DNA of 62,797 nt, filler included. It is 11 parts of 11 records of this genome, joined end to end, with 100 filler letters (N's around TTAATTAATTAA, not from the genome) between each part and the next. Parts side by side here need not be neighbours in the genome. Positions count along the whole stretch, not along the records: positions 1 to 10,311 come from SRR7504441_3712; positions 10,412 to 16,173 come from SRR7504441_3715; 9 more parts are not named here. One strand, given 5' to 3'. Of this stretch, positions 1-10,635 are shown one piece after another. Below the pieces are notes generated by a model. The model was given only the letters and a program-made list of their open reading frames with translations. It was not told where the DNA came from and made no database searches. How positions within the stretch are numbered: position 1 is the stretch's first letter; each line of letters opens with the position of its first letter. The position numbers and the translations under genes are program-made.

Positions 1-1
1 C

Positions 2-2890
2 AGTGGCGCTGCGTACGTTCCTCTGGATCCCAGCTGGCCAATTTTCCGAACTGATCACATCCTGCAGATCACGAGCTCGACCGTAGTAACACTTCAGCGA
101 CGGTTTTATAGTCGTCTGAAGAGTGGCCTGTCTCAATGTCGTTGTACAAAAGTATTGTGCTTTGGTGACTCGAACACCTGGGGCTACACGCCCATTTCGG
201 GAAAGCAGATGCCAGAAGCTCACCGTTACCCTACAGTACTCCAACAATTGCTTGGAGAGTCGTTTTCAGTGACGGCTGACGGTGTCAATGGTCGGGCTTG
301 GTGCTCGGCATCTAATCCTGCAGCGGTTGCTCACATCTTTGCACAAGAGTTACAACACGTGATGGTTATTCAACTCGGAACGAATGATGCTGCCAAGGGA
401 CATTGTTTGCATACCATCAGCATTGCTGTTGAAGACGTCATATCAACTGCCAGAGCGTATAATCCTGGTGTCAGAATCATCCTGGTGTCTGCTCCTCCAA
501 TTCTGCCCAACTTCAAGGTGCCGGTTGAATGGAACTATCACCCAGATGCTGCAGCTTTGTCCGATAAGATTTCGGCCATGCTGAAGAGACTTGCAGCATT
601 CCATTCCTGTGATTGGCTAGACGCTGCTCCTATTGTGCACATACCTCAACCTGGCGAGAATAGTGATGGCGTGCACCTGGATGTCCGAGGTGCTCGGGAT
701 CTTGCCGGCGCGATAGCGGATTGCATCCAGGCAATAGAGGTACCGGTGGCAAACACAGAGCTGTTGCTCCTTGAAGACTGTATGAACTCTGTACCAGCTC
801 AAGTTGCAAAACACTGCAGTGATCAATGCACGGAATCACTGGCCTATGTATTATTTACTTCTGGATCAACAGGCCGCCCAAAGGGAGTCATGATAGCAAC
901 ATCTTCGCTTGTTGTATTTTTGCATGCCCACCGAACTCAACTCTTGCCAGGCTTGACGTGCATCGATCGGATCCTCTACACGTTTGCTTCCACCTTCGAC
1001 CCCTCAGTGTTTTCGGTATGGTCCACACTGATGGCTGGTGCATGCTTGATTGTTCCTCGAGCTCTGACAGACATTCATCGCACACTTGGTGAATTGGCGT
1101 GTTCCGCCGCTACCTTTATAGCAATGGCGCCTTCTGTACTGGCTGCATATTTGGCAGCTGGCCAACTATGTTCGACGGTGAAAGCAGTGCTCGTTGGCGG
1201 GGAGGCGTTTCAACCCAATTTGGCGCGCATATTACTGCAGGCAGGAGTCAGAGTGTTGAATGCGTATGGGCCGTGCGAAGCTACAGTTCAATCGCACATA
1301 TTTGAATGCAAGCGACTTGTTGCTGATGAAGCCGATGATCAAGATTGGCCGTTCAACTTTTCTAGGCGCTCAGTGCCAGTTGGCATGCCTCTAGCAAATA
1401 CGACCTGTTACATCCTTGATGTTACACAGCATCCCGTACCTCTTGAAGTTACTGGCGAGATGTACCTACATGGGCCAAAGCTGGCGAGAGGTTATTTGGG
1501 AACTCCACAGAATTACTCTGTATACATGCCCAGACTTGGTCGGCTCTATCGCACAGGCGATCTCGTAAGGTGGCAAGCCTCTGGCGCAGTCGATTTCCTT
1601 GGGCGAGTCGATCACCAGGTGAAACTGAATGGTGTGCGGATAGAGACACGAGAAATCGAGGAAGTCCTAGTTTCTGATCCCCGTGTCTCTGACGCGTTAG
1701 TGATGCGGGTCGACCAGCCTGCTTCATATCCCCATCTAGTTGGATTTGTGACAATGTCGCAAGCAACCAGACCTGTCGAGACTGCAAAAATACGAGCACA
1801 AGCTTCCAAGTGGCTACCAAGCAGTTTAGTTCCCACGGCACTGATTGCGATTGAGGATTGGCCGCTGACACGGTCAGGAAAGATAGATCGAGCTCAACTG
1901 GTCGGCATGATAGCAAGTGTAGAGAAGACAGGCAGCGAAGATGCAAGCGAAATTCAATGCATTGTGCAGCAGATTTGCGAAGAGGTAGTTGGTCATAAGA
2001 TCGGAATCCAAGAAGATTTAATGCAGGCTGGGCTCACATCTCTCAGGGCTGTGGTATTGTTGGCGAAGTTGTCAGCTCAAGGCCTCGCGGTACCTTCGAT
2101 CTCTGCAATTTTAGCTCAACCGACAGTCAGAGAGCTTGCAAATAGCTGCATGGGGCTAGACTCTCCTTTGCCCCCCTGTATTGCACCAACTGACATAGTT
2201 GTGCTGAATGTGCCAAAGAACGTGGTCGGTGATGAAGCAAAATTACCTCCGCTATTTCTTGCAGCACCACTATTAGGATATTCAGCTTGCTACGGTAAAC
2301 TTGCCGGAATGTTTTTTCAAAGGACTGTCTTTGGCTGGGACCATCGAAATGAGGCTGGAATACTTGCTCTTGCGAAGTCATTTGCTGCGAGAATTGAAGC
2401 CACTGCACCTCAGGGGATGATCCATCTGGGCGGATGGTCTCTTGGTGGTCCGATATGTTACTTTGCAGCTTCAATATTACTTGCTGCTGGTCGTGACGTG
2501 CGAGCGATTCTCCTCCTAGATGCTCCCGACCCAGCAATTCTGGACTCTGCAGAACTGCCTCCCGAGCCAGATTTGCATTGCCGTACAACACGATGTCTAT
2601 CTATTAGAGCAACATTAGATGACGATGGCGAACCCCGGTCTGAGTGCACTCATTGGCAACTCGAGGGCGCGCAAATAAGTGTCCATACGCGTCATGACGA
2701 TCTTCTATCTCCTGAGCACCTTCCCGAGATTGCAAAAGCCATGATCAATCACATGGATTCACTTGAAGAACAGACCTTCTCAGAACCCTTGATGCCATTG
2801 AAACTGGAGCCCGAACCATTGATCCTGCCTCTGCTTCCTGCGCATTTATCTGAAGAGCTTGCTCCAGATGGGTTGCTCGATCACCTGTGA
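2..2890 (+). CDS. NRPS-like terminal module: adenylation domain interrupted by an SGNH/GDSL hydrolase, then PCP (T) and thioesterase; 5'-truncated at the window start
   Basis: The frame is open from nt 2. Motifs in order: SGAAYVPLDP (A2, 2-31), LCFGDSNTWG...GTND...DGVH (SGNH, ~150-730), LAYVLFTSGSTGRPKG (A3, ~839-886), FDPS (A4), NAYGPCE (A5), GEMYLHGPKLARGYL (A6), YRTGDL (A7), GRVDHQVKLNGVRIE (A8), SGKIDR (A10), GLTSL (PCP Ser ~2039) and GWSLGG (TE, ~2432). No introns are needed. Confidence 0.93.
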   Translation, partial: SGAAYVPLDPSWPIFRTDHILQITSSTVVTLQRRFYSRLKSGLSQCRCTKVLCFGDSNTWGYTPISGKQMPEAHRYPTVLQQLLGESFSVTADGVNGRAWCSASNPAAVAHIFAQELQHVMVIQLGTNDAAKGHCLHTISIAVEDVISTARAYNPGVRIILVSAPPILPNFKVPVEWNYHPDAAALSDKISAMLKRLAAFHSCDWLDAAPIVHIPQPGENSDGVHLDVRGARDLAGAIADCIQAIEVPVANTELLLLEDCMNSVPAQVAKHCSDQCTESLAYVLFTSGSTGRPKGVMIATSSLVVFLHAHRTQLLPGLTCIDRILYTFASTFDPSVFSVWSTLMAGACLIVPRALTDIHRTLGELACSAATFIAMAPSVLAAYLAAGQLCSTVKAVLVGGEAFQPNLARILLQAGVRVLNAYGPCEATVQSHIFECKRLVADEADDQDWPFNFSRRSVPVGMPLANTTCYILDVTQHPVPLEVTGEMYLHGPKLARGYLGTPQNYSVYMPRLGRLYRTGDLVRWQASGAVDFLGRVDHQVKLNGVRIETREIEEVLVSDPRVSDALVMRVDQPASYPHLVGFVTMSQATRPVETAKIRAQASKWLPSSLVPTALIAIEDWPLTRSGKIDRAQLVGMIASVEKTGSEDASEIQCIVQQICEEVVGHKIGIQEDLMQAGLTSLRAVVLLAKLSAQGLAVPSISAILAQPTVRELANSCMGLDSPLPPCIAPTDIVVLNVPKNVVGDEAKLPPLFLAAPLLGYSACYGKLAGMFFQRTVFGWDHRNEAGILALAKSFAARIEATAPQGMIHLGGWSLGGPICYFAASILLAAGRDVRAILLLDAPDPAILDSAELPPEPDLHCRTTRCLSIRATLDDDGEPRSECTHWQLEGAQISVHTRHDDLLSPEHLPEIAKAMINHMDSLEEQTFSEPLMPLKLEPEPLILPLLPAHLSEELAPDGLLDHL

Positions 2891-3249
2891 CATCTTGAGG
2901 CTAGTTGTATCTTTCAAGAGAATAGACCACTGGGACTACACTGAAACAATTCTGTAATGATTTAGTACTCTACAATTATTCGATGGTGAATGGGTCAGCC
3001 CCACCACGCACCATGTATTGACCAAAATTTAGCACTCTACCGCACTTCTAAAAGCATTGTTTTATTTGCTCAATATAGGGGTTAGGGTCCCTACACAGAT
3101 TACACACAGATTGTCGCTCGAGTTTGAATTAAATAAATGTTATGCACTTAATCAGTTATATGATAGGTAACTGGTTATGTGGTTTTCCGGACTTTCTTAT
3201 TAAAACGATGCTGTCAATTAACGTTGAACGACAATCAAGTGCGACTCGA

Positions 3250-5723
3250 TCACTTCATGACGCCAATATCGGGGAAGTATTTGTTTGTGTGCACCCGGTC
3301 CTTTGTGTTTTGGGCAGCTGTTCTTCCAACGATCGCTCGTTTATGGTCATCTAGGTCGCGTTGTAACACGGACCGGTATCCAACTGGAGGCATCCAGCCG
3401 GACAGCAGAGACAACTTGCGCCAATCGGAGTGCGAGTCAGCATTCCACATGTTTTTGTCCTTCCAAGCTGCCCTTGCCCGCTGCTGTGCCTCCAAGTCAT
3501 CCAGATCATAACGACCTACGAACTCATTCGCCATTCCAACCTGCACCTCCACAGCTGCGGTCCGAGGATGGTGTACATTAACAGGGAACGTCGGTGATGT
3601 TATGGGAGGCACCACGTTTGGTGAGCGCGATGGTGATGACGGCAGTCCGGCACGGGATGACGACGTTGGGGTTTCTACTGTCAAAGGTGCAGCCTTAGGG
3701 GCAGGGGTGTACGCTGTGCTTGCTTGGTAATGTGGACCTTGTACTGTGCTCGCAGGGTCTGCATCGCTAAAGTTCCAATCGAGAGTACCATGATTTGGTC
3801 GCTGCTCCGAGTTACGACGGTGAGCAGGGACCCGTGGCTGGACAGGTGGAAGTTGTACCGGGGGTTGAAATGGTACGCCATTGAGCAAACAGCCTTCTAA
3901 GATCTCAACGTCACCAAATTCACTTCCAGTGATGGTGCTGCTCAGTGACGTAAAAGCTGCTCCTCGCCACCCAAACACACCATGCCCCCCACACTGAGAG
4001 ATGCTGCTTTCCAGCAACACACCAGTGGAACCTTCGCCATTGACGCGAAATCCGTCTGCCCTGGCATTCTCGATGATACAACCTCTGACAGTTACAGATG
4101 CCGCATTATCGACGACAATTCCATTGTCGCCTGATGCCCGAATCATGCACCATTGTAAGGAAATCCGGCTACTAAGGCCCATAGCCTTTACTGAGCTTCG
4201 ACTGGTACGCTCAAACTCACACCCCATAGCAAGCACAGACCCCCCTGAGCGGCAGAGAACAGCATGTGACCCAGAAGCGGCAACCTCACAGTCTTTCAGA
4301 ACTGCACTCGCGCCAGGCCCAACTGAAACGACCCCTGAAGCCGCAGGAGCGACAATGCGGCAGCTCTGCAGCTTTACTGAGGCCCCGTCAGTGACTGTCA
4401 CAGCAGAGCCAGGACAATTACTGAACTGGATATCAGTCAATTCAAAGCCTTGTGCTCCCTGCCGCCTCAAAAATAAATGGCTGGGGGCAAAGCTAGGCAG
4501 GCGCACTCACCACTCCGGTGATCACGAGTTCGGACTTGTTAATCTGCACCACAGCACCATTGGCAGCAGCCAGCTCCACAGGCCTGCGAAGCACTAGTCG
4601 ACGCCCAATTGCTGTGTACATTCCAGTTGCCAGCACAACTCTACAGTGCTCTGGTGCGCCATGACACGCGTCCTCGAGGGTGTTAAAGTCCCCAGGCACG
4701 TGCACCTCCTTCTTGGCAGTACTGTCTATAAGCTCAACAGAGCTATCCAGCTGCAAGCGGCGACCGCTGTCACACTCAATGTCCTCTATGTGGACCTTGG
4801 TCTGAGACCAGGCCCAGAGTCCCCGATAGTTACCTTCACACTTGCACCTCTCTACATCGACTGACGCAGACTTGCAGCCAGAGAAAGCAGCACTGCCAAA
4901 CCTGCCAAGCCGCCATGAAGAGCACAATCAGGCGGATACAACACCTATACACAGTGCAGCCAACCGCGTGAAGCGACGCCTCCTTGGCTGCTGCCATTGC
5001 CACAGCAGAGGACCACTGCCCGAACCCAGTGCCATCTCGAGCCTCGATCAGACTCTCAAAGACGCAATCGTTCACCTTGGCACACGTGCCAGGATCTTCA
5101 GCGTCCAGAGCTCGATCAAAGGTGCCAGCCACTGAACACTGGTCTAGCTCTGCTTTGGCCCCGTTCCTCACGTATACGGCACAACTAGTGGCGCCAGTAC
5201 AGTGGATCTCGCTACGGGACAGCAGCAGCGCAGTGCTCGAGTCGTCGATCCGGGGCGCACAATTGGAGGCCGTGTTGTCCCGCTGCCCTCTGAACGCGGC
5301 CCCTACCACCAGGGGCACGCTGAGCTGGCAGTCGGTCACGCTCAGCCTGGCCCCATGGTACAGCCAGACTCCACCGCCCTGGAGCCTAACTGCCTCCAGC
5401 TCGATGCTCACACCAGCCCCGCGGATGAGCAGCCCAGGCACTGTGAGCATGCTCTCGAGGTGGTTGCCTTGGATCAGCACTCCCGCCCCTCGGATGAAGA
5501 TCGACTTCTCCATCTTGATCCGCCCGGCCTGGTGCTCGCCCGCCCCCAGCACTATCCGGTCCCCGGGCCTGGCCGCCTCATACGCGGCCTCGAGGCTGGC
5601 ATAATCCTCCGGCACGCGCAGCTCAGCGGCTGTCTCATCGGCAGGACCAGGCTCGGCCGCCGGACACCACTCTGGGTCGCTCTCCGAGCCGCTCTCAGGC
5701 TGCTCGTCTGCGACCTCTCCCAT
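3250..5723 (-). CDS. Right-handed beta-helix (pectin lyase-like / NosD-type repeat) protein, multi-exon
   Basis: ORFs 4836-5891, 4493-4927 and 3250-4506 can be joined by short introns. Two 'VPEDY/F.sLe.A...A' caps each precede PbH1-like repeats (e.g. GIVVDNAASVTVRGCIIEN). Likely ATG at 5723. Confidence 0.7.
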
Positions 5724-5817
5724 GCTATTCCCGCCACTCCAAGTCAACGGAAGAAGAGCAGCGTCTGACTGGTGGGAGGAGACCCTCAGGGCAGCCGGGC
5801 CGGCCGGGTGAGGTGGG

Positions 5818-8800
5818 ATGGAGGCGGCTGCGCCAGCGGAGGGCGAGCTGGACGAGAGCCCTCCCGAGTGTCGAATCTGTCGCTGCGGCACCGAGAACGG
5901 CCCACTGCGTCGGCCGTGCCTATGCTCGGGCAGTGTGCGGTGGGTTCACCAGGAGTGCCTCGAAAAGTGGCTCGAGACGAGTGGCAAGACCAAGTGCGAG
6001 CTGTGCGGCTACCCGTTCAGCTGGACCCAGCTCTACAGGCCGGGCACCCCGGACCGGCTCCCGACCCGCGAGGTGCTGCGCGAGCTCGGGATCATCGTCC
6101 TAGAGGCGTTGGACCTGGCCCTCCGAGCGGTGCTCTCCATCCTGAGTTACGCGGTGCGCGCCCACTCGCGGGTGGCCGGTCCAGCCGGGGCGCAGGTGCT
6201 CACCCCCATCGCGACCATGTGGGTCTGGCGGCTGTTCCTCGCTCAGTCTCTCGACGTCAGCTCCCAGTGGCAGCAAATCTCGGTCGGCTCGCTGGTCGCC
6301 GACGCGCTGTGCGGATCTCTCGTCTCGGTGTCGTTGGCGATGGCGCTTCACGTTCTGGGCGTGGTAGAGGCGGAGGGCGAGGCCCCGGAGGGAGGTGATT
6401 GGGCCTGTCGCAACAAAGCTGACCGTGCTCGGCAGCGTTGGTGCTGGCTCCAGGACTCGGCTCTGAGCCATCGATGGAAGAAGGAGCTGGGACGCCGGCG
6501 GAAGAGGTCGACGAGGAGGGGCCGCAGTCGGGGTTCCAGCGAGTAAACGTGGCAGTAGAGCTCGCAACAGATGGTCTCGAAGACAACCCAGTGATTGCCT
6601 AGTGATATAACGTCTCACTGCCTGTGTCGCAGAGCACAATCAGACTCGAATTCCACCACGGCTACGCCTGGATCTGGCGCAATGCGCTGCTGGTCCTCGT
6701 GTCCAACAGCTGCCTTGTTGGGCTGTTCCTTGCACCACCAATAATTGCAGCCCGGCTGGTGGCTTTGACACTGCAAAACGCCGGAGATCAGGCCCGACTG
6801 GTTGCAGCTGTTGTCACTGGATACACGATAGTGCTCTCGGGTTCTGTGGCGTGGTTCGTAGCGGTGTCCTTGGAAGAGGAGCCCTCAGCACCACCAGCAG
6901 AGCCTGTCGGGGTGCAGGCCATGCCAGCCTGTAGAGCTGAGAGTGAGCCAGGCCGAGCTAGCATTGGATGATGCGGATCCAGCGCCACCCGAGAACGCCG
7001 CAGTGCAGGATAATGCGGAGCCTGAGCCCGGCTACAGTGTAGGGACTCTGACTGCTGTGCTGGCGAAGGTGTGCTCTAGATTCTGCCCAGAGCTCAGTTG
7101 GTCGGTCATCAGGTTGTGTTCATGCTGGGGTGCGAGACGTTAATCTTTCCTTTGGGCTGTGGACTGCTGATAGATCTCTGCGCGCTCTCTGCGGTGGCAT
7201 GCCCTGCTCGCCTTGGCGCCACCCCTGAATTGGATTGTTTTCAGCTGAGCTCGGGAGGATTAGTGGAGCGCAAAGCATTCCTGGCACGATCTCCGTTCCT
7301 GTTTATTTTCGCACACTGGCTTGTCGGCTTTGTATTCATGCTCCTGATGGCATTTGTGCACACGTTTGTCGCATTTGCAAGCTCTTAAATTGAGTGCTGT
7401 TTTGGATGCAGCTTCCTGATGACCACCTTTAGCCATGATATGGTCCCGATGGCCCGCCAACTTAACGCCCAGCAAGAAACTGCGATGGAAGGTGAGTGCC
7501 CCAGGCTGAGTCGTTCTGACGTTTTCGCCTGCAGGCGACTTCTGGGGTGCTCTGATGGCTGCTCGAGTGAGTGATCTGGCTCTCAGCTCGCTATTGTACG
7601 TTCCATTGATCCTTTGTCTGGTGAATTCGAGCCTGCTCTCTCGACCATGAGCTTGTTCACAGGTATGGGTCCCTATTCAGATCAACATGGTGCTCTGCCC
7701 ATGGATCTTCCCAATCAGCATCTCAGCAGCTGGCTCTTCTACATTTGGTCGGCTTGTCTGTGTGAGCTATATTGATGTCACTGGTTTTATGCAGGGTTCC
7801 CGGCAGAGCTGATCGCATTCCACATAGTCATGCCATTTCTTCTGGAGTACCGCGATATGCAGTCACAGCTGTCAGACTCCTTCACGTTCTTATTGCACAA
7901 ACTTGCTGAGACGCTTGGTGTATCCCCATATTTATTTGATCACGATGCAGACCTTCGAAATGCTCAGGAGAGCAGAACTTGTATCCGCACCTGGCTGTGC
8001 CTGGGATGCTTCTTTTTAGGTATGCCTGAATGCTTTCTGTAACAGCTAGTTGTTTACTCTGCTGATCCTTCAGGGACACTCGCACTGGTGATGGTGCTGA
8101 TAGCATACACCATGTCTGTTTCAATCATACTGGGAAGGTTAGAGCTCCAGATAATGCAGCTTGGCAAATCAAATGACTTACTGGCCTTCGCTTTTGGCTT
8201 GTGCTCTGTATGGATTTTGCTACGGTTGCTGGCCCAAGCTAGTTGTGCCTCATTCGAAAGCATATCCAATGCAGCAGTTGCAGCCTTTACCACACTAGCA
8301 AGGGTAAGAACTCCCACAGCCAACTCCCTTCTGAGATGGTTGGCACTTAGGGTGCGGCATTCCTATGCATTTTGGTGTTGTGGGGCTGCGTGATTCCGAT
8401 GCTTGTCGGCATACTGGTTGAGCTCTGCATCGGAGTGCACATCAGGCTGGGGCTCAGTCATCGCACCCCGTGCTTTGCTCTTCATCAGGTCAGTCACCAT
8501 CAACTTCAGCCAGAGTAAAACTGCTTGCAGGACTGGGTGCTCGGACTCTTTGTACTCAAGTGGTGGGTAAGGAGTGTCACTCTGATAGAGAATCGTGAAG
8601 GCGAAAGCGACCATAGCTGGCGGAATAAATTTAATCAGGTGAACTGTGAGCCAAATTAATGATGCTGACATGAGCCTGTAGGTCTACGACCAGGATGGTG
8701 CTGTCAGGACGGGCTTTGTGCTATGCGAGATCATTGCCCCTGTTGGTCTTGCACTTTTGGTAGCCTTGTCGGTTCCTTATACTGCAACTACTGTTTTATG

Positions 8801-9188
8801 TGCGTTGTGTGGCGGTGACTGGCACTATACGGCCGGGACTGACTTGGAAGCCTGTTTGGCAGTGGATGCTGGTAGCACTGCCATAGCAATAAGGCTCTCC
8901 TACTTGGGGTGCTGTGCGACTGCTACTCTGTACTGGTAAGCATTTGATTGTGTCCTGAAGCATAGGAAATGTGTAGCCGGCTTATTCTATGTCTACTTGA
9001 ATGCTATACTGCAAGGTGCGAGAATGACTCTGAATGACGACAGGTTGACTATGAAAGGCTACCAGCTCTTGAGATACATTCACAACAAGATTCGTGATAA
9101 AAAGTATTCTATAGGTTCAGTGCTCCATGATCGGGATCCGGAGGAGAGGGAGGCATCCGAACAATTACTTATTGATTCGGTTCATTGA
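5818..9188 (+). CDS. MARCHF6: MARCH6/DOA10/SUD1-type RING-CH membrane E3 ubiquitin ligase, many short introns
   Basis: N-terminal RINGv CRIC...PCLCSGSVRWVHQECLEKWL...CELC, many hydrophobic TM exons, and a C-terminal IHNKIRDKKYSIGSVLHD matching the conserved DOA10/MARCH6 C-terminal element. Confidence 0.85.
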
Positions 9189-9410
9189 AAAATAAGGCTA
9201 ATGCTCTTTAAAATCCATGCCAGGTTTTAAATCGCGACACGACGGAACGTACCCGTATATAATAAATAATGTAATGAGCTCGAGAAGCATTTAATGAATA
9301 ATGATCAACTTAAAATCAATGATGTTCAAATTTCTACAGCTGTACGGTCGCATGGGATTGTCTTGGCGATTTCATGAAATGTCAACTCATCTGAATCTGC
9401 TAAATATTAG

Positions 9411-10311
9411 CTAAATATCGTTATCAATCATCATCTCTTGCAGTTCCTCTGGCGTCAAGCTCAAAATCATGTTGTACGGGTTTGGTCTGTGCTGCCCCAA
9501 AGCTGGTATCTGCATCTGTGAGGGAGCTGGGATCTGCGGGACAGCTGGGATCTGCATCGGCAAGGGAGCCGGGATCTGCGGGACAGCTGGTATCTGCATC
9601 TGCGAGGGAGCCGGGATCTGCGGGACAGCTGGGATCTGTGAGACAGCCGGGACCAGCAGGGTAGGCGGCTGATGCCTAACAGGTTGCGGCATTTGCGCGA
9701 CAGGCTGGGGCTGTGCGGCAAATGGGGACTGCCAGCCAGTAGCATTAACATGAGTGCTTCCCCTTCCTGAAGCCACCGACACAACTGAGCCAGCAGGATA
9801 GGCCTGCTGTTCGACCATCACTGGTTTGACCAGATTGGGATGCAGCATCGAACCTGGCTGCATGCTGGCTGGGAAGGTCGGGACCACATCGCTGAAACTA
9901 GGCTGTACGGCCTGGACGGGCTGTGTGAGTTGCGCTGAGGGTTGTGGTACTGAGGGGGCTTGAAGGGATTGGACATGGCCAGTCGCTAGTGGTAATAAAG
10001 CTGGCTGTGGCGCGACTGCTGTGCTGTTGCTGTTCTCCCCCGCTATCTCGACTCGACCCTCCTCCTTGGGCTTCTTGCCTCCTCTCGCTATCTCGAGCTC
10101 GGTGCGCAGTGCCACAATCTCTTTGGTTTGGTTCAGGACGACAACCTTGAGCTGCTCACACTCCAGCTGCAGATTATTGATCGCCATCCGCTTGTTCGAC
10201 GAGGCATTCGCGGCCTCCCTGCGCTTCCTGGGCCGGCAGCTATCGCACGTGGCTCGGCCTGACACCGGCCCAGTTAGCACGGCAGCTCGGGAGGGGGGGG
10301 GGGGGGGGGGC
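9411..10311 (-). CDS. Hypothetical protein with a basic region, a coiled coil (bZIP-like) and a Pro/Gln-rich repeat tail; 5'-truncated by gap
   Basis: ORF 9411-10280: CDSCRPRKRR followed by heptad LQLECEQLKVVVLNQTKEIVALRTELE, then PQIPA repeats. Confidence 0.55.
9501..9653. repeat. Coding 42-bp tandem repeat, 3 full copies plus a partial (encodes ~VPQIPAPSQMQIPA)
   Basis: Units start at 9501, 9543 and 9585 (agctgg.atctgcatc...gggatctgcgggac), with a partial at 9627. Confidence 0.9.
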
Positions 10312-10411
10312 NNNNNNNNNNNNNNNNNNNNNNNNNNNNNNNNNNNNNNNNNNNNTTAATTAATTAANNNNNNNNNNNNNNNNNNNNNNNNNNNNNNNNN
10401 NNNNNNNNNNN
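10312..10411. other. Artificial contig spacer (N-TTAATTAATTAA-N, 100 bp)
   Basis: Six-frame stop linker between N runs. The same spacer occurs at 16174-16273, 23539-23638, 26870-26969, 30927-31026, 34281-34380, 38942-39041, 42564-42663, 51829-51928 and 57955-58054. Confidence 0.98.
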
Positions 10412-10635
10412 AGCTTGACCACCCGCGTGCACCACTCGAGGCTCGTCCTGGGGAACAGCTCGTGCGTGGTCATCTGTCGGTTCCGGTGCCTAAAAGTGTC
10501 CCTGATGCACGGGTCAGGAGCTCACGCAGATCGGTTGGCTGTCGGTCTTGACACATGGCTAATGAAGGCGGCCCGCTCCTGGCCCAATTGCGGCTGATCC
10601 GGGATAACCAACTCGCCGCGTACCAAAATGATTAA

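Noticed and set aside
3078-3090. gggttagggt as another telomeric insertion
   Set aside because: Under two repeat units and no flanking duplication, so compatible with chance.
155-9188. NRPS neighbours as a biosynthetic gene cluster
   Set aside because: The downstream genes (beta-helix protein, MARCH6) have no evident biosynthetic role, and the upstream side is outside the window.
5818-9188. Fragmented ORFs here and in most genes as pseudogenes or a variant genetic code
   Set aside because: The breaks are explained by short GT/GC-AG introns that rejoin conserved motifs, and long intronless ORFs translate cleanly with the standard code.
9501-9653. 42-bp repeats as a CRISPR-like array
   Set aside because: They are in-frame coding tandem repeats with no unique spacers and no cas genes.
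10356-10367. TTAATTAATTAA recurring ten times, as a possible biological repeat or recombination site
   Set aside because: It is always centred in a 100-bp N spacer, so it is an artificial six-frame-stop contig linker.
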